Virus record (IMG/VR): IMGVR_UViG_3300045988_122046
From: a virus
Direction: 5' to 3' (one strand)
Length of the DNA stretch: 64,000 nt
Under the pieces are notes generated by a model that did not search any database, had not been told where the DNA came from, and saw only the letters and a program-made list of their open reading frames with translations. Below, in pieces: positions 34,139-47,127 of the stretch. The translations under genes were made by a program, and so were the position numbers. Position 1 is the first letter of the stretch; each line of letters begins with the position of its first letter.

Positions 34139-35382
34139 AATTTTATGACACATGTGCATTATTAGATAACTTTGAAACTATGCCAGAAGAGAAGTTCATC
34201 ATATCTTCTATTACATTAGCGGAACTTGAGAAGATTAAAACATCAACTTCTAAAGATTCTGAAGTTAAATATATTGCAAGAAAAATCTTATCTTTTTTAA
34301 ATGCGAATCCCGCAAAATATGAAGTTGTATTATATAAAACATTTTTTATTTATCCTTTTACTGAAAAAGGATTTGAAGTAAATAATGATATTAAAATTTT
34401 AGCAACTGCATATTCTTATTTCAATAATTTAAAAATAAGCGAAAGAGAAAATTTTTTCTTTGTAACGAATGATTTAACTTTAAAAGTTACTGCTACTGCA
34501 TTTTTACCAGTGCAATGTATTATGTCTATGTATCCTCCAAAAGATGACTATAGTGGATATAAAGAGATTATAATGGATGATGAAATGATGTCTGATTTTT
34601 ATTCTAATCCTACTGAGAATATTTATGATTTAAAAGTAAATGAATATATTATTGTAAAGAATAAAGATGGAAAACCAGTTGACTCTGCTGTATGGACAGG
34701 TTCTGAATATCGTCATACTCAATTTAGAAGTTTTAATTCTAAATGGTTTGGTGAAGTTAAACCACTTAAAGGAGATATTTATCAGACCCTTGTCGCAGAT
34801 AGTTTTACAAATAATAAAATAACTCTGGTAAAAGGACCTGCGGGCTCAGGTAAAACATACCTATCTCTTGGATACTTAATGAGTCAATTAGAACGTGGCA
34901 AGATTGATAAAATTATTATTTTCTGTAATACAGTTGCTACAAAAAATTCTGCTAAATTAGGATATTTACCAGGTACTAAAGATGAAAAACTTTTAGACTC
35001 ACAAATTGGAAATGTTCTTGCAAGTAAAATAGGAAGTCGAATTGAATTAGAAAGATTAATGGATGAAGAACAAATTGTTTTACTTCCATTTTCTGATATT
35101 AGAGGTTATGACACTACTGGAATGAATGCTGGGATATATATTTCAGAAGCCCAAAACCTTGATATTACACTTATGAAACTTGCTTTACAAAGAATTGGTG
35201 AAGATAGCATATGTATTATAGATGGAGATGAAAAAGCGCAAGTTGATGATATTGCATTTGCCGAAAATAATAATGGTATGAGACGAGTATCAAAGGTCTA
35301 TCGAGGCGAAGATATATATGGTGAAATTGAATTAAAAATGATTCATCGTTCTAAAATTGCTAAAATTGCAGAAAGATTATAA
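34135..35382 (+). CDS. PhoH-like ATPase with N-terminal PIN domain
   Basis: Walker A VKGPAGSGKTY, PhoH-type core; N-terminal PIN-like 130 aa. Confidence 0.7.
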   Translation: MKFYDTCALLDNFETMPEEKFIISSITLAELEKIKTSTSKDSEVKYIARKILSFLNANPAKYEVVLYKTFFIYPFTEKGFEVNNDIKILATAYSYFNNLKISERENFFFVTNDLTLKVTATAFLPVQCIMSMYPPKDDYSGYKEIIMDDEMMSDFYSNPTENIYDLKVNEYIIVKNKDGKPVDSAVWTGSEYRHTQFRSFNSKWFGEVKPLKGDIYQTLVADSFTNNKITLVKGPAGSGKTYLSLGYLMSQLERGKIDKIIIFCNTVATKNSAKLGYLPGTKDEKLLDSQIGNVLASKIGSRIELERLMDEEQIVLLPFSDIRGYDTTGMNAGIYISEAQNLDITLMKLALQRIGEDSICIIDGDEKAQVDDIAFAENNNGMRRVSKVYRGEDIYGEIELKMIHRSKIAKIAERL

Positions 35383-35486
35383 CATAAACCAGAAGAGATT
35401 AATATCTCTTCTGGTTTTTTTATTTATAATGGAAACATGTTAAAACCTTTGAAGAAGATATTTTGGAAGAGGAGGTTTATATAAAT

Positions 35487-37193
35487 ATGGCTTCAATTGA
35501 AAAAAATATTTGGGATTATCTAATTAAAGAAATTAATAACCCATATGGTGTTGCCGGATTAATGGGTAACATCTATGCTGAATCTGGTATGATTCCAAAT
35601 AGAGTAGAAGTTTTATGCTTAAATAGATTAAAAGAACATGGTCAAGTATGGAATGATTCTACTTATACTGCGGCAGTTGATAATGGAAAAATTTCAAGAG
35701 AAACTTTTCTACATCCACTCCCTAATAAGCAATATGGATATGGGCTTTGCCAATGGACCAGCCCAGGTCGTAAAGCAGGATTATATGATTTAGCAAAAAT
35801 GAAACAAGCTTCTATTGGCAATGAATTAATTCAATTGCAATGGCTTATGACTGAATTAAAAAATAATTATTCTACAGTTTTATCAACTTTAAAAAATGCA
35901 ACAAGCGTAAGACAAGCTTCTGATATGGTCTTAACTCGTTTTGAATGTCCTGCTAATACAGGTGAAACTGTTAAAGCAACAAGAGCTAAGTATGGTCAGA
36001 GATATTATGATGCATATGCATCTAATAAAGGAGGAAACTCAATAGTGGCAAATTATAATAACTATATTAATTCTACTGGCACTCACTATATTTCTAATTC
36101 AGGTTCAGATGAAAATGGTGGATATCATAGTGGAAGAGCTGGTGACCAGACTGGTAGAGAATGGTATTTACGTTCTTGGTATAACAGGCCATGGAACTGT
36201 GTATTAAGATATGAAAAAGACCCAAGAGTAGGTCAAAAAATGGCTGAATTAAGCTGCGCCGCAGCTCTTAATAATTTAGTTGGTTATGACCAATATGAGA
36301 GAGATACTTATTGGGCTCATTTAAAAGCATCTAACTATGATCCTGCTCAAATTACTATTGCATGTGAAGCAGACTGTTCTGCAGGTGTAATTGCTAATAT
36401 TAGAGCAGTAGGATATTTACTTGGTATTCCAGCTTTACAACATATTAGTGCGAGCTATACTGGTGATATGAGAGCCGGTTTTAAGGCTGCTGGATTTACT
36501 GTTTTAACCGCAGATAAATATCTTTCTGGATATGATTATTTACTTCCTGGAGATGTTTTACTTAATGATGCTCATCATACAGCGACAAATGTTACAAGAG
36601 GACGTTTAGCAGCTAATTCTAACTCACCACAACCAAGCCCAGCTCCAGTAAAAACTAATACTACTTATGTTGGAAAAGGAATTGGTACTGCAACTGCAAA
36701 AACTGAGATGAATATTAGAAATAATTCTAATACAAATAGCTCTTCTTATGGAACTATTTCTAAAGGAACTAAAGTAGAAGTATTAGAGATTTTATCTAAT
36801 GGCTGGTATAAAATTGTATGGCCAGGTGCTTCATGCGGCTATGCTTATACTTCTAATTCTACTAAAACTTATTATTCATATGTAGCTAAAAAGAAGGCTC
36901 CTACAGCCACTAAACCAAAACCATCCAGTAGTAAAAAAAGTATGACTGCAAAAGAAGGTGCAACTGGATTCAATAAATCTCTTGCAGGTACATATCGTAC
37001 AACAGCTGATTTAAATATCCGTCATGGAGCAGGTACATCTAAAGCTCTTATGGTTACAATTCCAAAAGGAACAAAAGTAGCTAATTATGGATATTACTCA
37101 GTTAGCAATGGTTGTAAATGGCTATATGTCCAATTCACATATAAGAACGTAACTTATACAGGATTTGCTTCAAGCACATATTTACGTAAATAA
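35487..37193 (+). CDS. modular peptidoglycan hydrolase (endolysin): N-terminal lysozyme-like domain, central CHAP-like region, two C-terminal SH3b-like repeats
   Basis: GLMGNIYAESG lysozyme-like motif, Cys...His candidates (CSAGV..., NDAHH), SH3b-like GWYKIVWPG / CKWLYVQF; RBS ggaggt. Confidence 0.5.
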   Translation: MASIEKNIWDYLIKEINNPYGVAGLMGNIYAESGMIPNRVEVLCLNRLKEHGQVWNDSTYTAAVDNGKISRETFLHPLPNKQYGYGLCQWTSPGRKAGLYDLAKMKQASIGNELIQLQWLMTELKNNYSTVLSTLKNATSVRQASDMVLTRFECPANTGETVKATRAKYGQRYYDAYASNKGGNSIVANYNNYINSTGTHYISNSGSDENGGYHSGRAGDQTGREWYLRSWYNRPWNCVLRYEKDPRVGQKMAELSCAAALNNLVGYDQYERDTYWAHLKASNYDPAQITIACEADCSAGVIANIRAVGYLLGIPALQHISASYTGDMRAGFKAAGFTVLTADKYLSGYDYLLPGDVLLNDAHHTATNVTRGRLAANSNSPQPSPAPVKTNTTYVGKGIGTATAKTEMNIRNNSNTNSSSYGTISKGTKVEVLEILSNGWYKIVWPGASCGYAYTSNSTKTYYSYVAKKKAPTATKPKPSSSKKSMTAKEGATGFNKSLAGTYRTTADLNIRHGAGTSKALMVTIPKGTKVANYGYYSVSNGCKWLYVQFTYKNVTYTGFASSTYLRK

Positions 37194-37195
37194 TT

Positions 37196-37597
37196 ATGAC
37201 TAAAGAAGAACGTGATATAACTATCAAAGAACATCGCTGGCAAAGAGAAAAAGAAGTTCTTGAAAGAAAGTATAAATTAAAACAAGAAAAAAGAGAATTT
37301 AAAAAACAATTTCTTCCTAAAATATCTACTTCAAAACTCCTTATTCTTTTCTTGTTTATAAATTGCACAATTATAGAACTTTTCACAGGCTTTGTAACTT
37401 TAAAGAGCCTTGATTTAACAACTCTTACCATGGCGAATCCAGACTTTACTCCATTAGTAGCATTAATAGGTGCGGTCGTGAGTGAGGTCGTAGGATATGC
37501 GGTCTATGCATTGAAGTCCGCAAAAGAGAATACCGCAGGTGGTATTACATATGAAACAGCAATGCGTCAAATTGACGAAGATAAAGCTAAAGGATAA
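37196..37597 (+). CDS. putative holin (two TM segments after basic N-terminus)
   Basis: Position directly after endolysin; hydrophobic helices LLILFLFINCTIIELFTGFV and PLVALIGAVVSEVVGYAVYAL. Confidence 0.4.
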   Translation: MTKEERDITIKEHRWQREKEVLERKYKLKQEKREFKKQFLPKISTSKLLILFLFINCTIIELFTGFVTLKSLDLTTLTMANPDFTPLVALIGAVVSEVVGYAVYALKSAKENTAGGITYETAMRQIDEDKAKG

Positions 37598-37672
37598 TTG
37601 ATTTTTAACCCTAAAAGAGAAGATTTTCTCTTTTAGGGTATTTTTTTTTAACCGTAACTAAAATTTTAAGAA

Positions 37673-37701
37673 TTGATTTTATTATTTTTTTATGCTATAA
37701 T
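37673..37701 (+). promoter_or_regulatory. conserved phage promoter
   Basis: TTGATT 37673-37678, TATAAT 37696-37701. Confidence 0.5.
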
Positions 37702-37751
37702 ATATGTATGATAAGAAAAAATGATGATTTTAAAGTTGAAAGGAGATTTAT

Positions 37752-39462
37752 ATGTCTGAGAACTATGGTGTAAAAGACATAAAAACTTTGGAAGGTATTG
37801 AAGCGATTCGATTACGTGCTGGAATGTATATCGGTAGTGTTGGACCTGCTGGAGTTAGACATATTACTCTTGAAATTATTTCCAATGTAATTGATGAATA
37901 CTTAAATGGATATTGTACAAAGTGTAATATTGAAGTAACAGAAAATGATGTTGTAACAGTAGTAGATGATGGACGTGGTGTTCCTTTTGGAAAAGCCGCA
38001 GATGGTTCAGAAACTCTTGAAAATATTTTTACTAAACTTCATACAGGAGCTAAATTTGATAGTTCTGGTAAAACTGGATATAATACATCTGGTGGTATGA
38101 ATGGTGTTGGTGCAAAAGCAACAAATGCATTATCAGATAAATTTATTGTCACTTCCAAAAGAGATGGTAAAATTGCAACAATGACATTTGAAAAAGGTGA
38201 AAGAAAAGATTTTAAAGTTGAAAAGTATGCGGGAAAAGATACTGGAACAACAATTACTTTTCATCCAGATGTTGAGATTTTTAAAGAAGGAATTTCACTT
38301 GATTACGAAGAATTAAAAAGACAAATTCAGGAATTGGCATATCTTTCTCCTGGATTAACTTTTACATTAAAATATAAAAACAAAGCTGAAGATGTAATTG
38401 TTTCTCAGAATGGTATTCTGGATTATATTCAAGATTTGAATAAAAAGAAAAATACTATTACATCTGTTTTTTATGCCGAAGCTTCCGAAGATAGAATTGG
38501 TGTAAAATTAGCAATGCTGTATAACGATAGTTATACTGATACTTATAAATTATATACAAACTCAATTCCAAATACAGCTGGAACTCATCTTACTGGATTT
38601 AGAACTGCATTAACTTCTGCAATTAATAATTACGCAAGAGAGAATAAACTTCTTAAAGAAAAGGATTCTAATATCGTAGGTGATGAGTTAAAAGAAGGTC
38701 TTGTATTAGTTCTTTCTTTTGTGATGCCAGACCCAGTCTTTTCAGGTCAGACAAAAGAGAAACTTGATTCAAGTGAAGGACGTACAATGGTCCAGAAGCT
38801 GGTATCAAAAGAGATTGCAATTTGGCTTGAGAGTCATCCTAATGATGCAAAAGCAATTATTAATAAGGCTTTATTAGCACGTGCTGCAAGAGAGAAAGCT
38901 AAAAAAGCTAAAGAAACAGTTCGTAAAGCGGATGTGAAGAAAAGGGCAGTAATGCCTGGTACATTAGCAGATGCAAGTTCTCGAAATAGAGCTTTTTGTG
39001 AAGTGTTTATTGTAGAGGGAAAATCTGCGGCCGGTTCAACAAAAGAAGCCAGGGATAGAGCTACCCAGGCTGTGTTCCCCGTTCGAGGTAAGATTCTTAA
39101 CGTATTGAAGGCAGACCTCGCGAAGGCATTAAAGAATGCAGAAATTGATGGTATGATTACTGCTTTTGGACTTGAAATTAAGGACGGAAAAGTAATTGTA
39201 AATAAAGATAAATTGCGTTATGGTAAAATTGTTATTACAGCCGATGCGGATGTTGATGGTAGTCATATTAGAGCGTTATTTTTAACCTTTATTTGGAAAT
39301 TTGCTCCGCAATTAATTGAAGATGGATATATTTATGCGGCAGTTCCTCCACTTTATAAAGTTACACAGGGAACTAAAATTACTTATCTAAAAGATGATGC
39401 GGCTCTTGAGGAGTTTAGAAAGACAGCTAAAAAATCTTTTGAGCTGGGTCGTATGAAAGGGT
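37752..39462 (+). CDS. topoisomerase II large subunit (GyrB/ParE-like, T4 gp39-like), exon 1
   Basis: GHKL ATPase and TOPRIM region (EVFIVEGKSAAGS, DADVDGSHI); exon ends at U39462 within conserved RYKG|LGEM motif. Confidence 0.8.
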
Positions 39463-40495
39463 AAGAGATAGTCTGGCCCTTATCCACTTTTCCTCTAATC
39501 AGAGGGGTTATTATCTTAGATAATAGCTAACGAGGCAGTCTTCAAAATATTTTGGGTATTTCAGGAAATCCTGAAATGGATAAAACTTAAATATTATTGG
39601 AGATAATCTCGTGGGAAAAAACTATAAGAGATTATCTTACATTTTATTATGTGAGGTATTCAATATGATAGGAATTTATAAGATAACAAACAAAATTAAT
39701 GGAGATGCTTATATTGGACAAAGCACTCAAATAGAAGAAAGATTTATAGAACATAAAAATCCTACAAATTGGGCAAGAGAATCTAATAAAAGTCTTTATA
39801 AAGCATTTATTCAATTTGGATTACAAAATTTTGATTTTTCCGTTTTAGAAGAATGCAAAAAAGAAGAATTAAATGATAAAGAACAATATTGGATTGGATA
39901 TTATAGTACATATCCTAATCAATATAATATGACTCCAGGAGGACAATTTAATGCAGGTGAATGTCATCCAAGTCATAAATTAACTGAAAAGGATGTGATT
40001 GATATTAGAACGAGATATAAAAATCACGAAAGAAAAAAAGACGTTTATTTATTATATGCTCATTTAATTGGGGAATCTGGCTTTCATAAAATTTGGAATG
40101 GTTCAACATGGAAAACAATAATGCCAGAAGTTTATACAAAAGAAAATAAAGATTTTCATGCTCATAATACTTCAAATGTAGGTTCTAAAAACGGAAGGTC
40201 TAAATTAACAGAAGAAGATGTTAAAAATATTCGCTTAAGGAAGAAAAATGGAGAGCAATTATCTTCCGTTTACAATGATTATTCTGATAAATTAACTTAT
40301 AAATCTTTTGAAAATGTTTGGTCTTATAGAAACTGGAAAAAAATTATAGTTTAAACCTGTATCGACTATTCCCTTTGTCGGGAAGTAGAAATACTATTGA
40401 TACGTATTTCAAAAAGGTGGACATGATGAAGGCAGTTAATACGTTAGCCGGAGTGAAGAAATAGTCAGTACCAATGGTGACATTGGAATAATACG
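39463..40495 (+). mobile_element. group I intron (1033 nt) carrying a GIY-YIG homing endonuclease ORF
   Basis: Exon1 ends with U, intron ends with G; internal guide ggccctt (39474-39480) pairs with exon end aagggu including U-G at splice site; splicing restores ...RMKG-L-GEMDPSEM... colinear with E. coli GyrB RYKGLGEMNPEQL. Confidence 0.7.
39665..40354 (+). CDS. GIY-YIG homing endonuclease (intron-encoded)
   Basis: IGIYKITNKINGDAYIGQSTQIEERFIEH motif; start at ATG 39665. Confidence 0.75.
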   Translation: MIGIYKITNKINGDAYIGQSTQIEERFIEHKNPTNWARESNKSLYKAFIQFGLQNFDFSVLEECKKEELNDKEQYWIGYYSTYPNQYNMTPGGQFNAGECHPSHKLTEKDVIDIRTRYKNHERKKDVYLLYAHLIGESGFHKIWNGSTWKTIMPEVYTKENKDFHAHNTSNVGSKNGRSKLTEEDVKNIRLRKKNGEQLSSVYNDYSDKLTYKSFENVWSYRNWKKIIV

Positions 40496-40683
40496 TAGGT
40501 GAGATGGACCCGTCCGAAATGGCTGAAACAGTTATGAATCCAGAAACCAGAACTCTTAAACAGATATGTATGGAGGATGCAGAAGAAGCTGCTAAAACTT
40601 TTATGGGATTGATGGGTGAGTCAGTTGTTTATAGAAAGAAATTTATCGAAGAAAATGCATGGAGAGCAAATATTGACGTATAA
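40496..40683 (+). CDS. topoisomerase II large subunit, exon 2 (GyrB C-terminal tail, T4 gp60-like)
   Basis: (L)GEMDPSEMAETVMNPETRTLKQI...LMGESVVYRKKFIEENAWRANIDV* matches GyrB C-terminus ...[25 protein letters not shown]. Confidence 0.7.
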
Positions 40684-40779
40684 TGATGCAATGTATCTAG
40701 CCGTTGGAGTTGAAGACGGCTGGATACATGTAACTCCAAAAGTATGGAAGGAATATTTAAAAGCTAAAGAGGTTATTAA

Positions 40780-41142
40780 ATGGAAGCAAAAATATTTGAA
40801 TTTGTACCAGAAGAGTCAGAACACTTTGAATCCCAATTTTTAAAATGGTATGATGCGGGCAAGCCTAAAAATAATTTTAATGAAGCTTATGATTATAGTA
40901 CAATAACTCAATTCCTTATATGGGAATATGGATTATCAGATGAGTCATATGATGAACCTCGTAGATGGAATCAAATTGTAGAAGGAATTGTTTGTATTAA
41001 TGGACGTTATTTTTCTGTTTGTTACGACAGAGGTTTAACAGAAATGCAAGAAGATTATTATGACTTTGATGATGATATTACTGAAGTTGAAAAACGCACA
41101 GTTTTAAAAGAGGTAACAGAATGGAAGAAAAAAGATAATTGA
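40780..41142 (+). CDS. hypothetical acidic protein
   Basis: ORF-track ORF; weak RBS. Confidence 0.45.
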   Translation: MEAKIFEFVPEESEHFESQFLKWYDAGKPKNNFNEAYDYSTITQFLIWEYGLSDESYDEPRRWNQIVEGIVCINGRYFSVCYDRGLTEMQEDYYDFDDDITEVEKRTVLKEVTEWKKKDN

Positions 41143-41173
41143 ATTAGCTGGAGATTTTTCTCAGAAGCCAGAT

Positions 41174-41359
41174 ATGGCCGCAATTACTAAAATAACTCCT
41201 ATAAAAGATGGGGACAAAGTAATCTTACATTTTGATGTAATGAAATATGATTTAGATATAGACACTGTTGCTGAACAATTTAAGCTATGGCAGCAATGTT
41301 TTCCGCATAATGATGTAATTGGAGATTTGTGCAATACAGGCATTGAAGTAAAGGAGTAA
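41174..41359 (+). CDS. hypothetical small protein
   Basis: ORF between neighbours, coding-like. Confidence 0.4.
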   Translation: MAAITKITPIKDGDKVILHFDVMKYDLDIDTVAEQFKLWQQCFPHNDVIGDLCNTGIEVKE

Positions 41360-41361
41360 AT

Positions 41362-41808
41362 ATGATATTTTATACAGACGGTTCTGCGAGTCCAAATCCA
41401 GGCCCAGGTGGCTTTGGAGTTGTTCAAGTCGATACAGAAGGTAACATTTTAAGTACATATTCCAGTAGACAGGATAATACGACTAACAATGAACAGGAAA
41501 TGAAAGCTATTCTTTATGCGGCCTGTCAAGGAGTATTAGCTAAAGAAGATGTATTAATTTACTCTGATTCTGCATATGCAATTAACACTTTTTCAAACTG
41601 GATGTATAATTGGGAAAGAAATGGATGGATTAAAGGAGATGGAAGAGTGCCTGAAAATTTAGAAGTTGTACAGGCTTTTTTTGAAGTATCTAAAATGATT
41701 GAAGTTACTTTTGTAAAAGTAAAAGGACATTCTAAAAATCCATTCAATGAGCTGGCAGATAATCTGGCAACTGGCAAGGTTAAACCTGGTAACTATTTGA
41801 CAATTTAA
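41362..41808 (+). CDS. rnhA: ribonuclease H (RNase HI type)
   Basis: MIFYTDGSASPNPGPGGFGVV N-terminal signature. Confidence 0.8.
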   Translation: MIFYTDGSASPNPGPGGFGVVQVDTEGNILSTYSSRQDNTTNNEQEMKAILYAACQGVLAKEDVLIYSDSAYAINTFSNWMYNWERNGWIKGDGRVPENLEVVQAFFEVSKMIEVTFVKVKGHSKNPFNELADNLATGKVKPGNYLTI

Positions 41809-41832
41809 TTTTTTTATGGTAATATATTATAT

Positions 41833-42111
41833 ATGGATAAGAATAAAGAACAGTTAAAAAAACAATTACTACAATTTGTTAAATCAGTTGAAGAACCTAT
41901 GACAAAAGAAGAATATGATAAATATATGAAAGAATATCATAAACAAAATCCTCTTTTAAATACTGGTTCTGGTTATTTATATGTTCCATCAGAAGATGTT
42001 GTTGTTAGTGCTGATTCAATTTATAATTTTATAGAAAGAGTTATAGATGAAAGTTTGATGGATGTAAAAATGCAATATTATAAAGAATTATTTGATAAGG
42101 GAGAGTCTTAA
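41833..42111 (+). CDS. hypothetical protein
   Basis: ORF with upstream AT-rich promoter-like region. Confidence 0.45.
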   Translation: MDKNKEQLKKQLLQFVKSVEEPMTKEEYDKYMKEYHKQNPLLNTGSGYLYVPSEDVVVSADSIYNFIERVIDESLMDVKMQYYKELFDKGES

Positions 42112-44489
42112 TGAGTGAGAATATTATTCAAGTAAATATTAAAGATGAAATTGAACAGAGTTTACTTGATTATGGAATGAGTATCATTTCAGATCGAGCT
42201 TTACCTTCAGCAGAAGATGGATTAAAACCTGTTAATAGACGTATCTTATATGATATGTTTGATAAAGGTTTTATGAATAATAAGAAATTTGTAAAGTGCG
42301 CTCAGCCGGTCGGAGATACAATGGGTAGATTTCATCCGCATGGTGATAGTTCTATTTATGGTGCATTAGTATGGATGTCACAGGAATGGAACATGAGATA
42401 TCCACTCATTTCTTGGCATGGTAATAACGGAAGCCGAGATGGTGATGAACCGGCTGCATACAGATATACAGAATGTAAGCTTTCTAAGCTCGGAGAAGAA
42501 ATGCTTGCTGATATTAAAAAGAATACAGTAGATTGGATGAATGCTTATACAGATGAAGAGCAGGAGCCAGTTTATTTACCTGGCCGCATTCCAAATCTTA
42601 TCGTAAATGGTACTTCTGGAATTGCATGGGCTATGGCTTGTTCATTTGCGCCACATAATTTATCAGAAGTTATGGATGCAGCTATTCATCTTTTGGAAAA
42701 TCCAGAATGCGACATTAGAGAGCTTTTAAACTATATTAAAGGTCCAGATTTTCCAACAGGCGGATTACTTATTAATAAAGATGAACTTGAAACAGCTTAT
42801 CTTACAGGAAAAGGTCGTGCAAGATTAAGAGGTGAATATACAATCGAATCTTCCAAAAGTGGAGATAGTATTGTTTTTACCTCAATGCCTTATAAGGTTT
42901 CAAAGGAGGATTTAATTGTTGAAATTGACAACCTTTGCGAACAAGGTGAGATTAATGGCATTACAACGATTCGCGATGAATCAAACCAAAAAGGTGTCAG
43001 GTTTGTCATTGAATTGGGAAAAGGAGTGTCAACAGCTCCAATTATTGCAAAACTTTTTAAGTCCACAAGACTTGAAAGTACGTATTCATTCAACCAAGTT
43101 GCACTGGTTGACAAAAAGCCAAGACTTCTTAATATCAAACAATTATTAGAAAACTATATTGAGCATCAAAAAGATGTTCTTTTAAGAAAAACTAAATTTG
43201 ATATTGAAAAAGTTCAGGCTAAAATTCATATTCTTGAAGGATTGCTTATTGCTTTAGAAGATATTGATAATATCATTTCACTCATTAAAAAGTCTGCAAG
43301 TGCGGCTGAAGCTAAAGTTGTTCTTATGAATAAATATAATCTTAGCGAGGCACAGTCTAAAGCAATTTTGGATATGAAATTATCTCGTTTAGCAAAATTA
43401 GAATCTGTTGAAATAAGGAATGAAAAAGATTCTTTATTAGTTAAAGAAGGTGAATTAAATCAGATTCTTTTAAATCCAGTTCCAGAAATGAAAAAGAACT
43501 TTACAGAGATTAAAACCTCATATGGAGATGCTCGTAGAACTACAATCACACAGGTAAATATCACAAAAGAAGAAAAAGAGATTGAATATGTAGAACCAGA
43601 AAAATGTGTTGTTGTAATGACAGAAGATGGGTTAATTAAACGTATTCCTTCTACAAGTTTCAGAACTCAGAGAAGAAACGGAAAAGGTATTAAAACACAG
43701 GGTGATGTTGTTAAAACTACCATCCGCACAAATACTATTGATTCTCTGATGGTATTTACAACAAAAGGAAAAATGTATCGTATCCTTGTAAATGATATTC
43801 CAGTAGGTACAAATGTATCTAAAGGCCAGTCAATTAAGTCTTTAATTGCAATGGATACTGATGAAGAGCCTAATTTAATTTATTCTATTTATAGAGACAC
43901 TGATGCAAAATATTTATTATTTGTAACAAAGAATGGAATTACAAAGAAAACCTCATTAGAGGAATATACAAATACAAAGAAAAAGACTGGAATTATTGCT
44001 ATTAATCTTAAAGAGGATGATACATTAGTATCTGTAAATCTTGTTAAAGATGAAGATTTAGTTCTTTTAACCTCTAATGGTATGGGAATTAAGATTAATT
44101 CTGGAGAGATTTCAGCTTCTGGTAGAGCAACAGCAGGCGTTAAAGGAATCACTTTAAAGAAAGATGATTTTGTAGTTGCGGCATTACCAGTTCGTAATAA
44201 AACAGATTACATTGCAATCTTTTCATCTAAAGGTCTTGGAAAGAAGATTGAAATGGATGAATTAGTTCTTCAGAAACGTGCGGGAAAAGGTTTGATTATT
44301 TATAAACCAACAGATGAAACAGGAACAGTTATTTCTGGTGCTTTAGTTGCGGACGAGGATAATATTCTTGTTGTTGGCAAATTAAGTTCAATTTGTATTT
44401 CCGCAAAAGATATTCCTCTTGCAAGCAGAATTGCAACAGGTAATCAGTTAATTAAAAACGGTGAAATTACTTCTGTGACAAAAATTTAA
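42111..44489 (+). CDS. topoisomerase II subunit A (GyrA/ParC-like, T4 gp52-like)
   Basis: RALPSAEDGLKPVNRRILYDM (GyrA active-site region RALPDVRDGLKPVHRR), C-terminal beta-pinwheel repeats. Confidence 0.85.
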   Translation: MSENIIQVNIKDEIEQSLLDYGMSIISDRALPSAEDGLKPVNRRILYDMFDKGFMNNKKFVKCAQPVGDTMGRFHPHGDSSIYGALVWMSQEWNMRYPLISWHGNNGSRDGDEPAAYRYTECKLSKLGEEMLADIKKNTVDWMNAYTDEEQEPVYLPGRIPNLIVNGTSGIAWAMACSFAPHNLSEVMDAAIHLLENPECDIRELLNYIKGPDFPTGGLLINKDELETAYLTGKGRARLRGEYTIESSKSGDSIVFTSMPYKVSKEDLIVEIDNLCEQGEINGITTIRDESNQKGVRFVIELGKGVSTAPIIAKLFKSTRLESTYSFNQVALVDKKPRLLNIKQLLENYIEHQKDVLLRKTKFDIEKVQAKIHILEGLLIALEDIDNIISLIKKSASAAEAKVVLMNKYNLSEAQSKAILDMKLSRLAKLESVEIRNEKDSLLVKEGELNQILLNPVPEMKKNFTEIKTSYGDARRTTITQVNITKEEKEIEYVEPEKCVVVMTEDGLIKRIPSTSFRTQRRNGKGIKTQGDVVKTTIRTNTIDSLMVFTTKGKMYRILVNDIPVGTNVSKGQSIKSLIAMDTDEEPNLIYSIYRDTDAKYLLFVTKNGITKKTSLEEYTNTKKKTGIIAINLKEDDTLVSVNLVKDEDLVLLTSNGMGIKINSGEISASGRATAGVKGITLKKDDFVVAALPVRNKTDYIAIFSSKGLGKKIEMDELVLQKRAGKGLIIYKPTDETGTVISGALVADEDNILVVGKLSSICISAKDIPLASRIATGNQLIKNGEITSVTKI

Positions 44490-44535
44490 GTGGGATTTAT
44501 TTCCCACTTATCTTTTCCAAAAGGAGAATATATAA

Positions 44536-46496
<1,961 letters not shown>

Positions 46497-46530
46497 TAAA
46501 TTGTAATAAAGATAAGGATAGAAAAAAAAT

Positions 46531-46719
46531 ATGAATAAGAAAGAAATCAAGAATTTAGCTAAACAAATCGCAAAGGCTGAATTAACTATTCAGAATTCCA
46601 CTGATCAAAAGGAAAGAAAATATGCGATGGATATGATAATTGCTTTATCCAGTAAACTCTCCTCATTAGAGGAAATGGAACGCGTCGATGAGATGGTTCA
46701 AAAAATTTTAGAAAAATAA
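46531..46719 (+). CDS. hypothetical small protein
   Basis: RBS gataaggatag. Confidence 0.4.
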   Translation: MNKKEIKNLAKQIAKAELTIQNSTDQKERKYAMDMIIALSSKLSSLEEMERVDEMVQKILEK

Positions 46720-46722
46720 TTC

Positions 46723-46751
46723 TTGACTTAAAAATATTTTTTTGATATAAT
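46723..46751 (+). promoter_or_regulatory. promoter TTGACT-N17-TATAAT
   Basis: -35 46723-46728, -10 46746-46751. Confidence 0.5.
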
Positions 46752-46825
46752 AATTACATAAGCTAAGAGAGCTTAGAAAAATTACACAAACAATAAAATT
46801 ATTTAATTAAAGGAGATTTGTTATT

Positions 46826-47101
46826 ATGGCAAAAATGAAAGAAAATTCACGTAAAGTATTTGAGTATTTAAAGACTATCGGAGATGCAAAGGTTACAGCA
46901 GCAGATGTAGCAGAGGCACTCGGAATTGAGAAGAAACGTGTAGATGGAATCTTTACTTCCGCTATTCAGAGAAAAGGTCTTGGAGTTCGTACTCCTGCAG
47001 AAGTTGAGCTTGAGGACGGAAGTCATAAGGCAGTTAAGTTCTTGTCTCTTACACCAGCTGGCATGAGCTTCGACCCAGACGCTGAAGATGAAGCTGAGTA
47101 A
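46826..47101 (+). CDS. hypothetical protein
   Basis: RBS aaaggagatttg. Confidence 0.5.
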   Translation: MAKMKENSRKVFEYLKTIGDAKVTAADVAEALGIEKKRVDGIFTSAIQRKGLGVRTPAEVELEDGSHKAVKFLSLTPAGMSFDPDAEDEAE

Positions 47102-47127
47102 TTAAATTATTTTTGTAATATAAATTA

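Noticed and set aside
40616-40843. ORF-track ORF 40616-40843 (75 aa)
   Set aside because: Its 5' part lies inside GyrB exon 2 in another frame. Only the distal part (from about 40691) looks coding, and no RBS is present. It is left unannotated as a possible short gene.
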